DNA of 64,000 nt from Felis catus (Eukaryota). Positions 52,060 to 62,126 of this stretch are shown here, piece by piece (within the stretch, counting starts at the first letter, position 1; every line of letters begins with the position of its first letter). Location: positions 1,984,001 to 2,048,000 of the forward strand of contig NC_058376.1 of the NCBI RefSeq assembly GCF_018350175.1. The letters run 5' to 3'. A program made the position numbers and the translations under genes. Below the pieces are notes generated by a model. It was given only the letters and a program-made list of their open reading frames with translations, did not search any database and was not told where the DNA came from.

Positions 52060-54630
52060 AGTGGAATCACATTTCACTCGGCCCAGTGTCCTCATGCCTC
52101 ATCCGTGTTCTAGTCCGACTTGCTTCCCTTTACGGCTGAATAACGTTCCACAGTACGGACGGGCCACATCTGCTCATCCATCTGCTGAGGGCACCGGGGT
52201 CACTGTGAACATGTGTGTCCAAGCATCTCTTCGAATCCCTACTTGCAGTTCTTCTGAGCATATTCCCGGTATAATCCCCAGACCCTAGAGTAAGTCCGTT
52301 GCTACTCCTTCAAGAACCACCACACAAGCTTCCACGGTAGCTGGGCCTTTTCCCACTCCTACTAACGACACGAGAGGACTTCGGTTTGTCCACGTCCTCA
52401 TCAACACTTGTTATTTTCTCCTTGTTACGTATGTAGATTACGTGTTATCTCCTCGTTGTGTTTCTATTTGTGTGAATATTCTATATGATATATGTGGTTA
52501 ACTCCTTGTTTTTACATTTATATAAATATTATGTTATATATTATGTATATATATTTACCCTAATGGACGTAAGGTGGCTTCTCATTGTAGTTTTGATTTG
52601 TGTGTCTCTAGTGATTAGTAACGTGGAGCCTCTTTCACATGCTTATAGGTCACGTAATTTGTACTTCTTCTTTGGAAAAATGTCTATTCAAGTCCTTTGC
52701 TCATTTTGGAATTGGGTTGTTTTGTTTTTTGTTGTTGAGTTTCGGGAAGTCTCTACACGTGTTATATATAATTTCTTATCACATGATTTTCAAATATTTT
52801 CTCTCATTGTATTTAGGTTGCCTTTTCTTCTCCATTGGCATTGTCTTCTGATGCAAAATATTTACAATTTTTGTGAAGGCCACTTTTTGTATTTTTCGTA
52901 TGTTGCCTGTGCCTCTGGTATCACATCCAGGAAATCACCGCGAAATCCGATGTTGCAAAGCTTTTGCCCTGTGTTTTCTTCTAAGAGTTTTATAGCTTTA
53001 GGTCTTCCTTTTAGGTCATGGGTCTATTTTGAGTTCATTTTTGTGTATGGTGTGAGGTAAGAGTCCACTTACCTTCTTGTCCCTGGGGATAGTCAGTTTT
53101 GCCTGCACCGCTTGCTGAAGAGACTGTCATTTCTCCATTGAATGGACTCGGTGCTCTTTCGAAAATGATTTCACCTAATATGTTTATTTCTGGACTCTAT
53201 TCCATTGGTCTGTATGTTTGTTTTTATGCCAGTATCACCCTGTGTTCATTATTGTAGCTTTGTAGTGGTTTTTTTTTTCATATAATTTATTGTCAAGTTA
53301 GCTAACATACAGCGCGTACAGGGTGCTCTTGGCTTTGGGAGTAGATTCCCATGATTCATCGCTTACATACGACACCCAGGGCTCATCCCAACAAGTGCCC
53401 TGCTCGGTGCCCATCACCCGTTCCCCTCCCCCATCAACCCTCAGTTTGTTCTCTGTATTTAAGAGTCTCTTATGGTATATGTTACAAGACGTAACAAGAC
53501 ATATAGATTTGTAGTTTTGAAATCAAGGAGTGGGAGTCCTCTAGCTTTGTTTTTGTTTTTTTTTTTTCAGGATTGTTTTGGCTATGCAAGATCCCTTGAT
53601 TCCACATGAATTTAAGGATGGGGTTTTAGGTTTCAGTAAAACACCTCACTGAGATTTCAGTAGTGATTGTGTTACATCTGTAGATTGCTTGAGATGACAG
53701 TGATATCGTAACGATATTGAGTGTTCCAATCCTTGAACATGGAATGCCTTTCCATTTATTTGTCTTCCTTACTGTGTTTCAGCAATGTTTTGTAGTTTTC
53801 GTTGGACAGCTCTTTCACCTCCATGGTTGTTAATTCATTTTACTTTATTCTTTTTTGGTGCAATTGTAAATGGAATTGTTTTATAAATTCCTTTTGGGGT
53901 TGTTCATCAGCAACGTATGGAAACGCGACTGAATTTTGACTTTGTATCCTGCTGTCTTTCTGAATTCATTTGCTAGTGCTAACGGGTCCTTAGGGTCTTC
54001 CACAAATAAGATCACAGCGTCTGTGAACAGAGATGATTTTACTTCTTCCCTTCCAATTTGGGCTACTGTATTTTATTCTCTAACTATTCTCCTAGAACTT
54101 CCAGTCCTGTGGTGAATAGAGGCAGTGAAAGTGGGCATCTCTGTCTGTCCTGATCTCACAGGAAAAGCTCTCAGTCTTTCACTGTTGAGTATGATGTTTG
54201 TTGTGGGATTTTCACATATATATTTTATTTTGTTGAGGTAGTTCCTTCTACTCCTAATCTGTTGAGTGTTTTATCGTGAGAGGGTGTTGAACTTTTTCAA
54301 ATGCTTTTTCCGCATCAGTTGAGATGATCATGTACTTTTTTCTTTATTCTGGTAATGTTGGCTATTATATTGACTGGTTTTCATACGTGGAACCACACTT
54401 AAATTCGAGAAATAGGTCCTCCTTGGTTGTGGTGCATAATTCCTTTACTCTGCTGCTGAATTCAATTTGCTAGTGTTTTATTGAAGATTTTTGCATCAAT
54501 GTTCATAAGGGATATTGTTTTGTAGTTTTCTGTTCCTGTAGTGTCTTTGCCTGGCTTTGTTGTCACAGGATTATAAGTCTCATAAGATGAGTTGGGGAGC
54601 GTTCCCTCCTGTTTAACTTTTTTAAAGTTT
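52060..54630 (-). mobile_element. 5'-truncated old L1 (RT region to 3' UTR)
   Basis: Continuous ORF2-like minus-strand sequence. Confidence 0.75.
53269..53477 (-). mobile_element. Short younger carnivore L1 3' end inserted into the older L1
   Basis: Poly-T tail, then cccatcaaccctcagtttgttctctgtatttaagagtctcttatgg; flanked by TTTGTAGT duplication. Confidence 0.7.
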
Positions 54631-54999
54631 ATAGTGAACTAGGAATGATTGAACCAACTCTGAACCTGATATAAGGCATCTGTGAAAAACTTACAGCCAA
54701 CATCATACTTAATTGTAAAAGACTGAATGCTTTCTGCTAAAGATCAGGAAGAAGATACAGATGTCCTCTCTCACTGTTCCTGTTCAACATCACGCTGAAG
54801 CCTTACCTGTGCAACAAGTAAGGAAAGGAAATAAAACGCATACGTATTGAAAATGAAGAAATGCAGTTGTCTCCATTCCCAGAGGACATGATCATCCACA
54901 TAGAAAACCCCCAAGAATATACAAAAAACTCCCAGAAATATAAGAGAGTTTGGCAAAGTTGAAGTATGTAAGCCTAAACTAATAAAAATTAATTCATTT

Positions 55000-55422
55000 A
55001 TTTTTTTTATTAAAAAATTTTTTTGACGTTTATTTATTTTTGAGAGAAAGAGACAGAGCACAAGCAGGGGAGTTTCAGAGAGAGAGGAAGATGAAGCAGG
55101 CTCCAGGCTCTGAGCTGTCAGCGCAGACCCTGACGTGGGGCTGAACTCACAAACTGCGAGATCATGACCCGAGCCAAAGTTGGATGCTTAATTGATTGAG
55201 ACACCAGGTGCCCCCAAATTAATTCATTTCTTTTTTTTTAATTTTTTAAAATGTTTTACTTATTTTTGAGAGAGAGAGACAGAATGTGAGCAGGGGAGGG
55301 GCAGACAGAGAGGGAGACACAGAATCCGAAGGAGCCGGATACGGGGCTGGAACTCACAAACCACAAGATCACAACCTGAGCTGAAGTCGGATGCTCAACC
55401 GACTGAGCCACCCAGGAGCCCC
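55000..55422 (-). mobile_element. Two tandem CanSINEs (55000-55215 and 55231-55422)
   Basis: Two heads and tails; target sequence (AAATT)AATTCATTT appears three times. Confidence 0.85.
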
Positions 55423-56230
55423 AATTCATTTGTATATAATAGCAATAAAGAATTGAAACTGAAAATTTTTGTTTAAAAGCTTGATTTACAACAGAGTGAA
55501 AAATGAAAGCTTAAGTATAAATCTCACAGAATGTGTGCATGAGAATGATAAAAAATACTGATGGGAGTAATTTAACAAGACGTAAATAAACGGAGAGCTC
55601 GACTATGTTCTAGGTTACGGTCGAGTAATTGTCGTGACATCAGTTACCTCCAGACTGATCCACAGATTCAAGGCAATCCCAGCAAGAGATTTTTGTCACT
55701 GTGAACAAGCTAATTCTAAAATTATTTGGAAAGGCAAAGAAGCTCCACTACCCAAACCATGTGAAGATGATGAGCAGAGTTGGTGGACTTCACTACCTGA
55801 TTCCAGATCTGCTTTAAAACTATAGCAACCAAGACAATGTGATGTCGGCAAAGGGACAGAAGCGTGCAGATTAATGAAACAGGATAGACACACACACCCA
55901 CACGAAAACAGGCAACTGATTTCTGACACATCAGTGACACAGTGTGTTTGGAACATCTAGATGTCCATATGCAAAAAAAAAAAAAAAAGTGAATCTTGAC
56001 CCATACCTTACACTTAGTGTAAAAATGTAATCAAAATTGATCCTAGGCCTAAATGTAAAATGTGAAACTTGCAGAAGAAAACACAGGAGAACATTGTGAC
56101 CGTGTGTTGGGCGGAGTTCTTAGGTTTAATACCAAAGGCATGGTCTGAAAAAGAAGGAAATTGATAAATTGGACTTTACCCATATTAACTCTGATTGCTC
56201 CTCAAAAAAGCCGGTAAGAGATACACAACA

Positions 56231-56373
56231 TACAGATCCGTGTCCATCGACCCTGTGCGTGATCAGTAGGGCTTCCGGTCAACAGCAGGCAAGAAACAGT
56301 TAAGGTCTTGGGGAGTCAAAGTTATACACAAATGTTTGACGGTAACTCCCGTGTTAGCCGGGGGTCCACCGTA
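56231..56373 (+). mobile_element. Tigger2-like 3' terminal fragment
   Basis: ggcttccggtcaacagcaggc...ggggagtcaaagttatac. Confidence 0.6.
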
Positions 56374-56701
56374 TGCATCCGCGGTGCTTAAAGGACTCTC
56401 AAAATTCAATGTCAAGAAAACCTGCAAAAGGGAGAGGCCTGAACCCTTGCAGAAATACCAAAAAGACGCGTGGATGGCAAATAAACACGTGAAACGATGC
56501 TCGACGCCGTTCGTCATCAGGGCAATGCAGAGGCAAATACAGGAAGATAGCCCTGCTCACCGATTAGAATGGCTACTGTTTAACAGAAAGCCGGCAGCCT
56601 CAAGTGCTGGCAATGATACACAGCGACTAGAGCTCTCCGTGCTGTTGGGGAGGGAGGGAACGCAAAAAGGCACAGCCACTGTGCAAAAACAGTTTGGCTG
56701 C

Positions 56702-56883
56702 TATTTATTTATTTATTTAGAGAGCATGTGCACAAGCAGGGGAGGGGCAGAGAGAGAGGGAGGGAGAGAATCCCAAGCAGGCTCGGTGCTATCAGCACAG
56801 GGTCCGAGGCAGGGCTTGGAGCCACGAACTGTGAGATCATGACCCGAGCCGAGATCGAGAGATGCGTAACCACCCAGGCGCCC
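56702..56883 (-). mobile_element. CanSINE
   Basis: Typical, diverged. Confidence 0.8.
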
Positions 56884-57064
56884 TGTAGTTTGGTGGTTTT
56901 TTATCACGTTAAACAGGCTCTTGCCCTGTGACCCAGCGACACCACTCCTAGGTGCTTACCCTGGAGAAATAAAAACTCGCTGCATTGCCAAAACCTGCAC
57001 ACGATGTTTGTGGCAGCATGTTCATAACCCTCAAAAGCAGGAAGCAATGAAAATTTCCTTCACC

Positions 57065-57304
57065 GGGAGCGCCTGGGTGGCTCAGTCGGTTAAGCGGCTG
57101 ACTTCGGCTCAGGTCATGATCTCGAGGTCCGTGAGTTCGAGCCCCGCGTCGGGCTCTGTGCTGACAGCTCAGAGCCTCGAGCCTGTTTCGGATTCTGTGT
57201 CTCCCTCTCTCTGACCCTTCCCCGTTCATGCTCTGTCTCTCCCTGTCTCAAAAATAAATAAAACGTTAAAAAAAAATTTTTTTTTAAAAAGAAGAAAAAA
57301 AAAA
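57065..57304 (+). mobile_element. Young felid-type CanSINE with 16-bp TSD
   Basis: CpG-rich body; TSD GAAAAT(T/G)TCCTTCACC. Confidence 0.9.
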
Positions 57305-58550
57305 GAAAATGTCCTTCACCCTTCGACGGAATAATCAAGTTGTGGTACGTCCACACAGTGGAGTCCACTCAGCAGTAAAGAGAGGAGAACTGTCAGTTCA
57401 CGACATGCGTGAAGCCCAGTGCATTCTGCTAAATGAAAGAAGCCAGACCCGAAAGGCTGCATACTGTATGCATAGGACATTCTAGAAGAGACACAACTGT
57501 AGTGACTGAGAGTCAGTGGTGGCAGGGGTTGGGGATGGGGAACACAAGGGGCTTCCGCATGGTGCCGCCACAGAACGAGTGAAACATAGAGGGACGCGGG
57601 GTGGGGCACTGAACAGTTGCTCTATAGATTCTGTAAGGCCAAGCGGCCAAAATTCTTCCCCCTGAAGACGTCGAGGACTGCAATCTGCTCTTTGCTGATT
57701 TTTTTTTCGTTTTTGCTCTTGATTATTTGTTATGTTCTGCTTGTCTTTGTTTCTGCACCGAGTTTTGCTGGCCCACGGAGTCCCGTCTGCGTTCATAGAC
57801 GGCGTGTGAGTAGCAGGTTCTCGGAGCAGCCGCGAACCTTCCCGTCCCGGGCACCAGAGGGCTCAGTGCTGCCGCGTAATCGATCCCATCTCCCTCCAGC
57901 TTTGCAGATGTGGTTCCAGGTCTTTAGGCATCTCGGTTCGCTGAGTTGCTTCCAATCACGTCCGATCTCTCTGGAAGCTTCCAGGATGCTTCTTTAGGTT
58001 TGGTGTAAGACAACTCACCAGTGTGTCCCGACGTGCAGCATTCTCTGTGTATCTCATCCCCCGTTTGGTCAGATTCCACCTCCGAAGACCACATCTCCCT
58101 CTGTCTGAGAAATGTTGCCTTTTGTCAATCGGTCTTCCTGGAAAGCTTCGTCTGATGAACGTTGGAGGCTGTGCACATCGTTTCTCTTAGGTTTTGCACA
58201 GTCCATCTCTGTCGTCCTGCGCTGAGACACTCTGTCCCCTTCCCATTCGCTCCTGACTGCCTGGCCTCCACTCAGCACTCGGGGTGCGGACGTCCTGCAG
58301 CCGATGGGCAGACCTGTCCCGGCGTTCCGGTCCTTCTGCTCGCTGAGACCCGGGGATGCACGGTGCTCACCTGGACCGCCGCAAACCCCCGGGCATCAGG
58401 GCGCACACTGGGCAGTGAGCAGGCTGCATGCCCGCAGGGCTCCAGGACTCTAGAGTTTTCCTGTGGTGTTTGCTTAGAGAACCAAAAGTAGTCAGGGGCC
58501 AACCCAGTCCTTAACCATGACAGGCATTGTCCAAGCAGCAAACCCTTTAG

Positions 58551-58650
58551 TGTAAATAAACCAGAAGTAATAAACACTCTCAGGACTCAGTCAAAACACC
58601 AACAAGGAAAGGGAAGTCTTGGTGACAACACACAGCTGGGAGGTATAAAA
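58551..58650 (+). promoter_or_regulatory. KRTAP10 copy 5 promoter
   Basis: TATAAAA 58644-58650; AAAACACCAACAAGGAA 58593-58609; forkhead-like TAAATAAAC and AATAAACA just upstream. Confidence 0.75.
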
Positions 58651-58740
58651 GGCGACAGACAGCCGGAGCTCTTCACACACTCACACACACACACACACAC
58701 ACTCACACCCACTCCCTCCTCCAGTCCCACTGCCCCCGCC

Positions 58741-59625
58741 ATGGCCGCGTCCACCCTGTCCGTCTGCTCCAGCGACCTGAGCTATGGCAGCCGCGTCTGC
58801 CTGCCCGGGGCCTCGGACTCCTGCCCCGACTCCTCCTGGCAGGTGGACGACTGCCCAGAGAGCTGCTGCGAGCCCCCGTGCTGCGCCCCCGCCCCCTGCC
58901 TGACCCTCCTGTGCGGCCCCTCCTCCCCCTGCCAGGGAGACTGCTGCACCCCTGCGTGCTGCAAGCCCGTCTGCTGCACCCCTGTCTGCTGCAAGCCCGT
59001 GTGCTGCACCCCTGTCTGCTGCAAGCTCTTCTCCTGCACCCCTGTGTGCTGCGAGGACTCCCCCTGCACAACCTCTTCATGCTGCCAGCCGTCCTGCTGC
59101 ACCTCCTCCCCCTGCCAGGAAGACTGCTGCACCCCTGTCTGCTGCAAGCCCGTCTGCTGCACCCCTGTGTGCTGCGAGGACTCCCCCTGCTCAGCCCCCT
59201 CCTGCTGCCAGCCCAGCCCCTGCTGCAGACCCTCCTCCTGCGTGTCCCTGCTCTGCCGCCCCGTGTGCAGGCCCACCTGCTGCACCCCTGCCTCCTCCTG
59301 CTGCCGCCCAGCCTCCTGCGTGTCCCTGCTCTGCCGCCCCGTGTGCAGGCCCACCTGCTGCACCCCTGTCTGCTGCAAGCCCGTCTGCTGCACCCCTGTG
59401 TGCTGCGAGGACTCCCCCTGCTCAGCCGCCTCCTGCTGCCAGCCCAGCCCCTGCTGCAGACCCTCCTCCAGTGTATCCCTGCTCTGCCGCCCCGTGTGCC
59501 CCCGCCCCGCCTGCTGCGCCCCTGCCTCCTCCTGCTGCCGCCCGGCCTCCTGCGTGTCCCTGCTCTGCTGCCCTGTGTGCCCCCGCCCTGCCTGCGGCCC
59601 CGCCTCAGGCCAGTCCTGCTGCTGA
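58741..59625 (+). CDS. KRTAP10: Keratin-associated protein 10 family member, copy 5, 294 aa, TSPEAR intron 2
   Basis: Intact ORF; TATAAAA 58644-58650; AATAAA 59939-59944. Confidence 0.95.
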   Translation: MAASTLSVCSSDLSYGSRVCLPGASDSCPDSSWQVDDCPESCCEPPCCAPAPCLTLLCGPSSPCQGDCCTPACCKPVCCTPVCCKPVCCTPVCCKLFSCTPVCCEDSPCTTSSCCQPSCCTSSPCQEDCCTPVCCKPVCCTPVCCEDSPCSAPSCCQPSPCCRPSSCVSLLCRPVCRPTCCTPASSCCRPASCVSLLCRPVCRPTCCTPVCCKPVCCTPVCCEDSPCSAASCCQPSPCCRPSSSVSLLCRPVCPRPACCAPASSCCRPASCVSLLCCPVCPRPACGPASGQSCC

Positions 59626-59938
59626 TGGGCACGTCCCCCCAGGGCCAGCTGGGCTCAGGTCCCACCTGGTGACTGTGGTCCTCCCAGCCATCCCTCAGTC
59701 AGTCCTGACCTGTGTTAAGTGGCTGCCCCCACCCAGGACGGGGTCCCCCATGTGTCCACTCTCCTGACCTGACCTTGACCTCCTGCCTCCCAAGAATGCT
59801 GACCCCGTGGCTTCCCGGGGCTTCTGCTCCCAGGAGGCACCTGCACCTGTTCTGGGTCACCTGTCCTTCCCTCCTCCTTTCTCTGCTTGGGTCACTTGGC
59901 TTTGACTCCTAACCTGTCAGCACCTCTTCAGGAAGCCC

Positions 59939-59944
59939 AATAAA
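59939..59944 (+). terminator. Polyadenylation signal of KRTAP10 copy 5
   Basis: AATAAA 314 bp after the stop. Confidence 0.8.
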
Positions 59945-60769
59945 CTCACTTCACCGGCCGATTTGTTTCCTTTCATCTGACCTTCATGGGGGTGCAGGGA
60001 CGCCAGGGTTTTGCCCAGACACGGTCTCCTCCAGCCACGAACATTTCTAGGAATGAGGGACTGAGCAGTCCCAGAGGCGGGGCCTACCTCGTGTGGGCAG
60101 GGCCATGGGTGGGACTCACGCCCTGGCCCAGGAAGCTCCGTGCTGCTGGGCCCAGTGCCCAAAGGCAGAACAGGGGGATGTGGGGATTCGGTCCCAGCAG
60201 GTGCCTTAGCTGCGAGGTCAGTGCTCCTTCCCGGCCACCTGCCCACGTCCCAACCGTCACCATGTGAGGATTCTGTCCTAATTTAGTGGGTTTGGCTTCC
60301 ACGCCTCACCCCCACTCCCTCCCCTGTTGAAGGTAAGTGCAGGCTGGGCATCCCACCGTGGAAACTAACGGGGCCACGCGTGTCCCTCAGCACACAGGCC
60401 ACATAACCCAGGCCACGCCAAGTGTATTTTACTGGCTTAGGTGTTAAGTTAAATACGAGGGCCACGGAGGCTTTAATTTCTTCAGCGGAACGGTTGCACG
60501 GGTTTGATCACAGTGCCCCTGGCCGAGGCTCGCTGCAGAAACCACAGTGCAGTTTCCCCCGGCCCTGGCGCTCGGCCGGTCACTTTCATGCCGTGGCCCC
60601 TTTCCCTGTGTTAGGCTGGGAAGCAGTAGACCCTAAACCGCAACCACGGATAATCAAGGATGCGTCCTACGACGTGCGGCTGGCCTTAGCGTTCCGTGTC
60701 CATTTCAGCGCAGCCATCCCGCCGTCCTTGTGCAGACTTTTCCGTCTTCCCCGACCGGCCCCCTTCCCC

Positions 60770-61235
60770 GCCTCCCCAGCCCTGGCGCCCCCGTTCCAGG
60801 CTCCGCCCCTGAACGTGACTGGACTAGGTCTCTCACAGAAGTGGGCCATGCGGTATTTGTCCTTGGTGATGGCTTACTTCACTCAGCGTGACGTCCCCCG
60901 GGTTCGTGCGTGTGGACGCTGAAGCCTCTTTGCAAGGCTGGGTGACATTCCACTGTATGGTTAGAGCACATCTCACCGCCGCTGCTCCCGCACTTACCTT
61001 TGCGGACGTGGGTGCCTCTCTCCGGGACCCTGCTGTCAGTCCTGTCGGGCGTCGGAGGTGGGTTTGCGGGGACACGTAACAGTCCTATAGTAACTTTTCC
61101 GGGGACCGCGGGCTGTGTTCTAGAACAGATATACCGTTTGGCAATCCCACCACCGGGGCGGACGGCTTCCGATCTCTCCACATCCTCAGCGGCACTAGTT
61201 TCTGGTTTTCTGATAGCGGCCACCCTGACAGGTTG
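60770..61235 (-). mobile_element. GC-shifted old L1 3' fragment
   Basis: gtatttgtcctt...ggcttacttcactcagc and ttctggttttctgatagcggccaccctgacagg are L1 3' motifs. Confidence 0.6.
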
Positions 61236-61309
61236 GAGCAGGGATCTGATGGATCACAGACCTTGGTCACTGCAGTAGGCCCTGCCCTGGGAGCCCTGTC
61301 CTCCCGCCA

Positions 61310-61885
61310 CACCTCCCCTCCCACACCTCCCCTGCCTATCCTCCCTCACCCATCCTGCCTCCCATGCCCCGCCCTCCCCTGCCCGTCCCCCCCACCCCCC
61401 CGCTCCTCCCCCACCTGTCAATGCCTCCCCTGCCCTGCCCTGACCCTGTCCCACCCTCCCCTGTCCCCCTCCCCTGTCCCACCCTCTCCTGCCCCACCCT
61501 CACCTGCCCCGCCCTCCTCCCCTGAGCCCTCCCCCACCCTCACCGGCCCCGCCCTGCCTCACCTGCCCCCGCCCCTGTCCCGCCTGCCAGCCCCCCTCCT
61601 GTGCCCTATTCTCCCCTACCCACCCTCCCCTGTCCCCCTTTCCCTATTCTGCCCTCCCTGTCCTACTCTCTCCTGCCCCACCCTCCCCTGTCCTCCTCCC
61701 CTGCCCCACCCTCACCTGCCCCCATGCCCTGCCTGACCTCACCTGTCCATCCTCCCCGTCCATCCTCCCCTGCCCCACCCTCTCCTCTCCCCCTCCCCTA
61801 TCCCGCCCTGCACTGCCCCCTCCCCTGTCCCTCCTCCCTTGCCCCACCCTCTCCTCACCCCCTCCCCTGCCCCGCCCTCTCTTGC
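61310..61885 (+). repeat. C-rich low-complexity degenerate minisatellite (about CCTCCCCTGCCCCACCCTC) abutting TSPEAR exon 3
   Basis: Directly visible; almost all C/T. Confidence 0.9.
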
Positions 61886-61887
61886 AG

Positions 61888-62126
61888 AAGAACGAATACC
61901 TGTTCACTGTGGTGATGGAGGAGTCTGACCGGCTGTTGCTGGGTCTGCGGTACTCGCCCACCAGGCTGCACTTCCTGTTCCTCAGCCAGGATGCGGCGGG
62001 GGCCTGGCAAACCCGCGTGACCTTCCGCAGTCCCGCTCTGATGGACAACCAATGGCACACGCTGGTCTTGGCCGTGTCCGAAGGATCCTTTTCCCTCACC
62101 ACGGACTGCGGCGTCCCCGCGGACAT
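61888..62126 (+). CDS. TSPEAR: TSPEAR coding exon 3 (laminin G/TSPN domain)
   Basis: Acceptor ctctcttgcAG|AAG and donor AT|GTaggt; 239 bp, phase 0 start in frame with exon 2. Translates [79 protein letters not shown]. Confidence 0.95.

Larger units (their letters stand above)
54640..57560 (+). mobile_element. 5'-truncated old L1 (RT region to 3' UTR), head-to-head with the previous L1, containing SINEs and a Tigger fragment
   Basis: acagccaacatcatacttaat...agatcaggaa...tgtcctctctcact...gacatgatc...aaaacccc motifs. Confidence 0.75.

Noticed and set aside
52060-57560. Strand switch in L1 at about 54635 suggesting a twin-primed inverted L1
   Set aside because: Both halves cover the same RT-to-3' UTR region, so they are two independent head-to-head insertions.
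12579-59625. Assigning human names such as KRTAP10-1, -2 or -3 to individual copies
   Set aside because: Sequence homogenisation removes the orthology signal, and position alone cannot be verified here.
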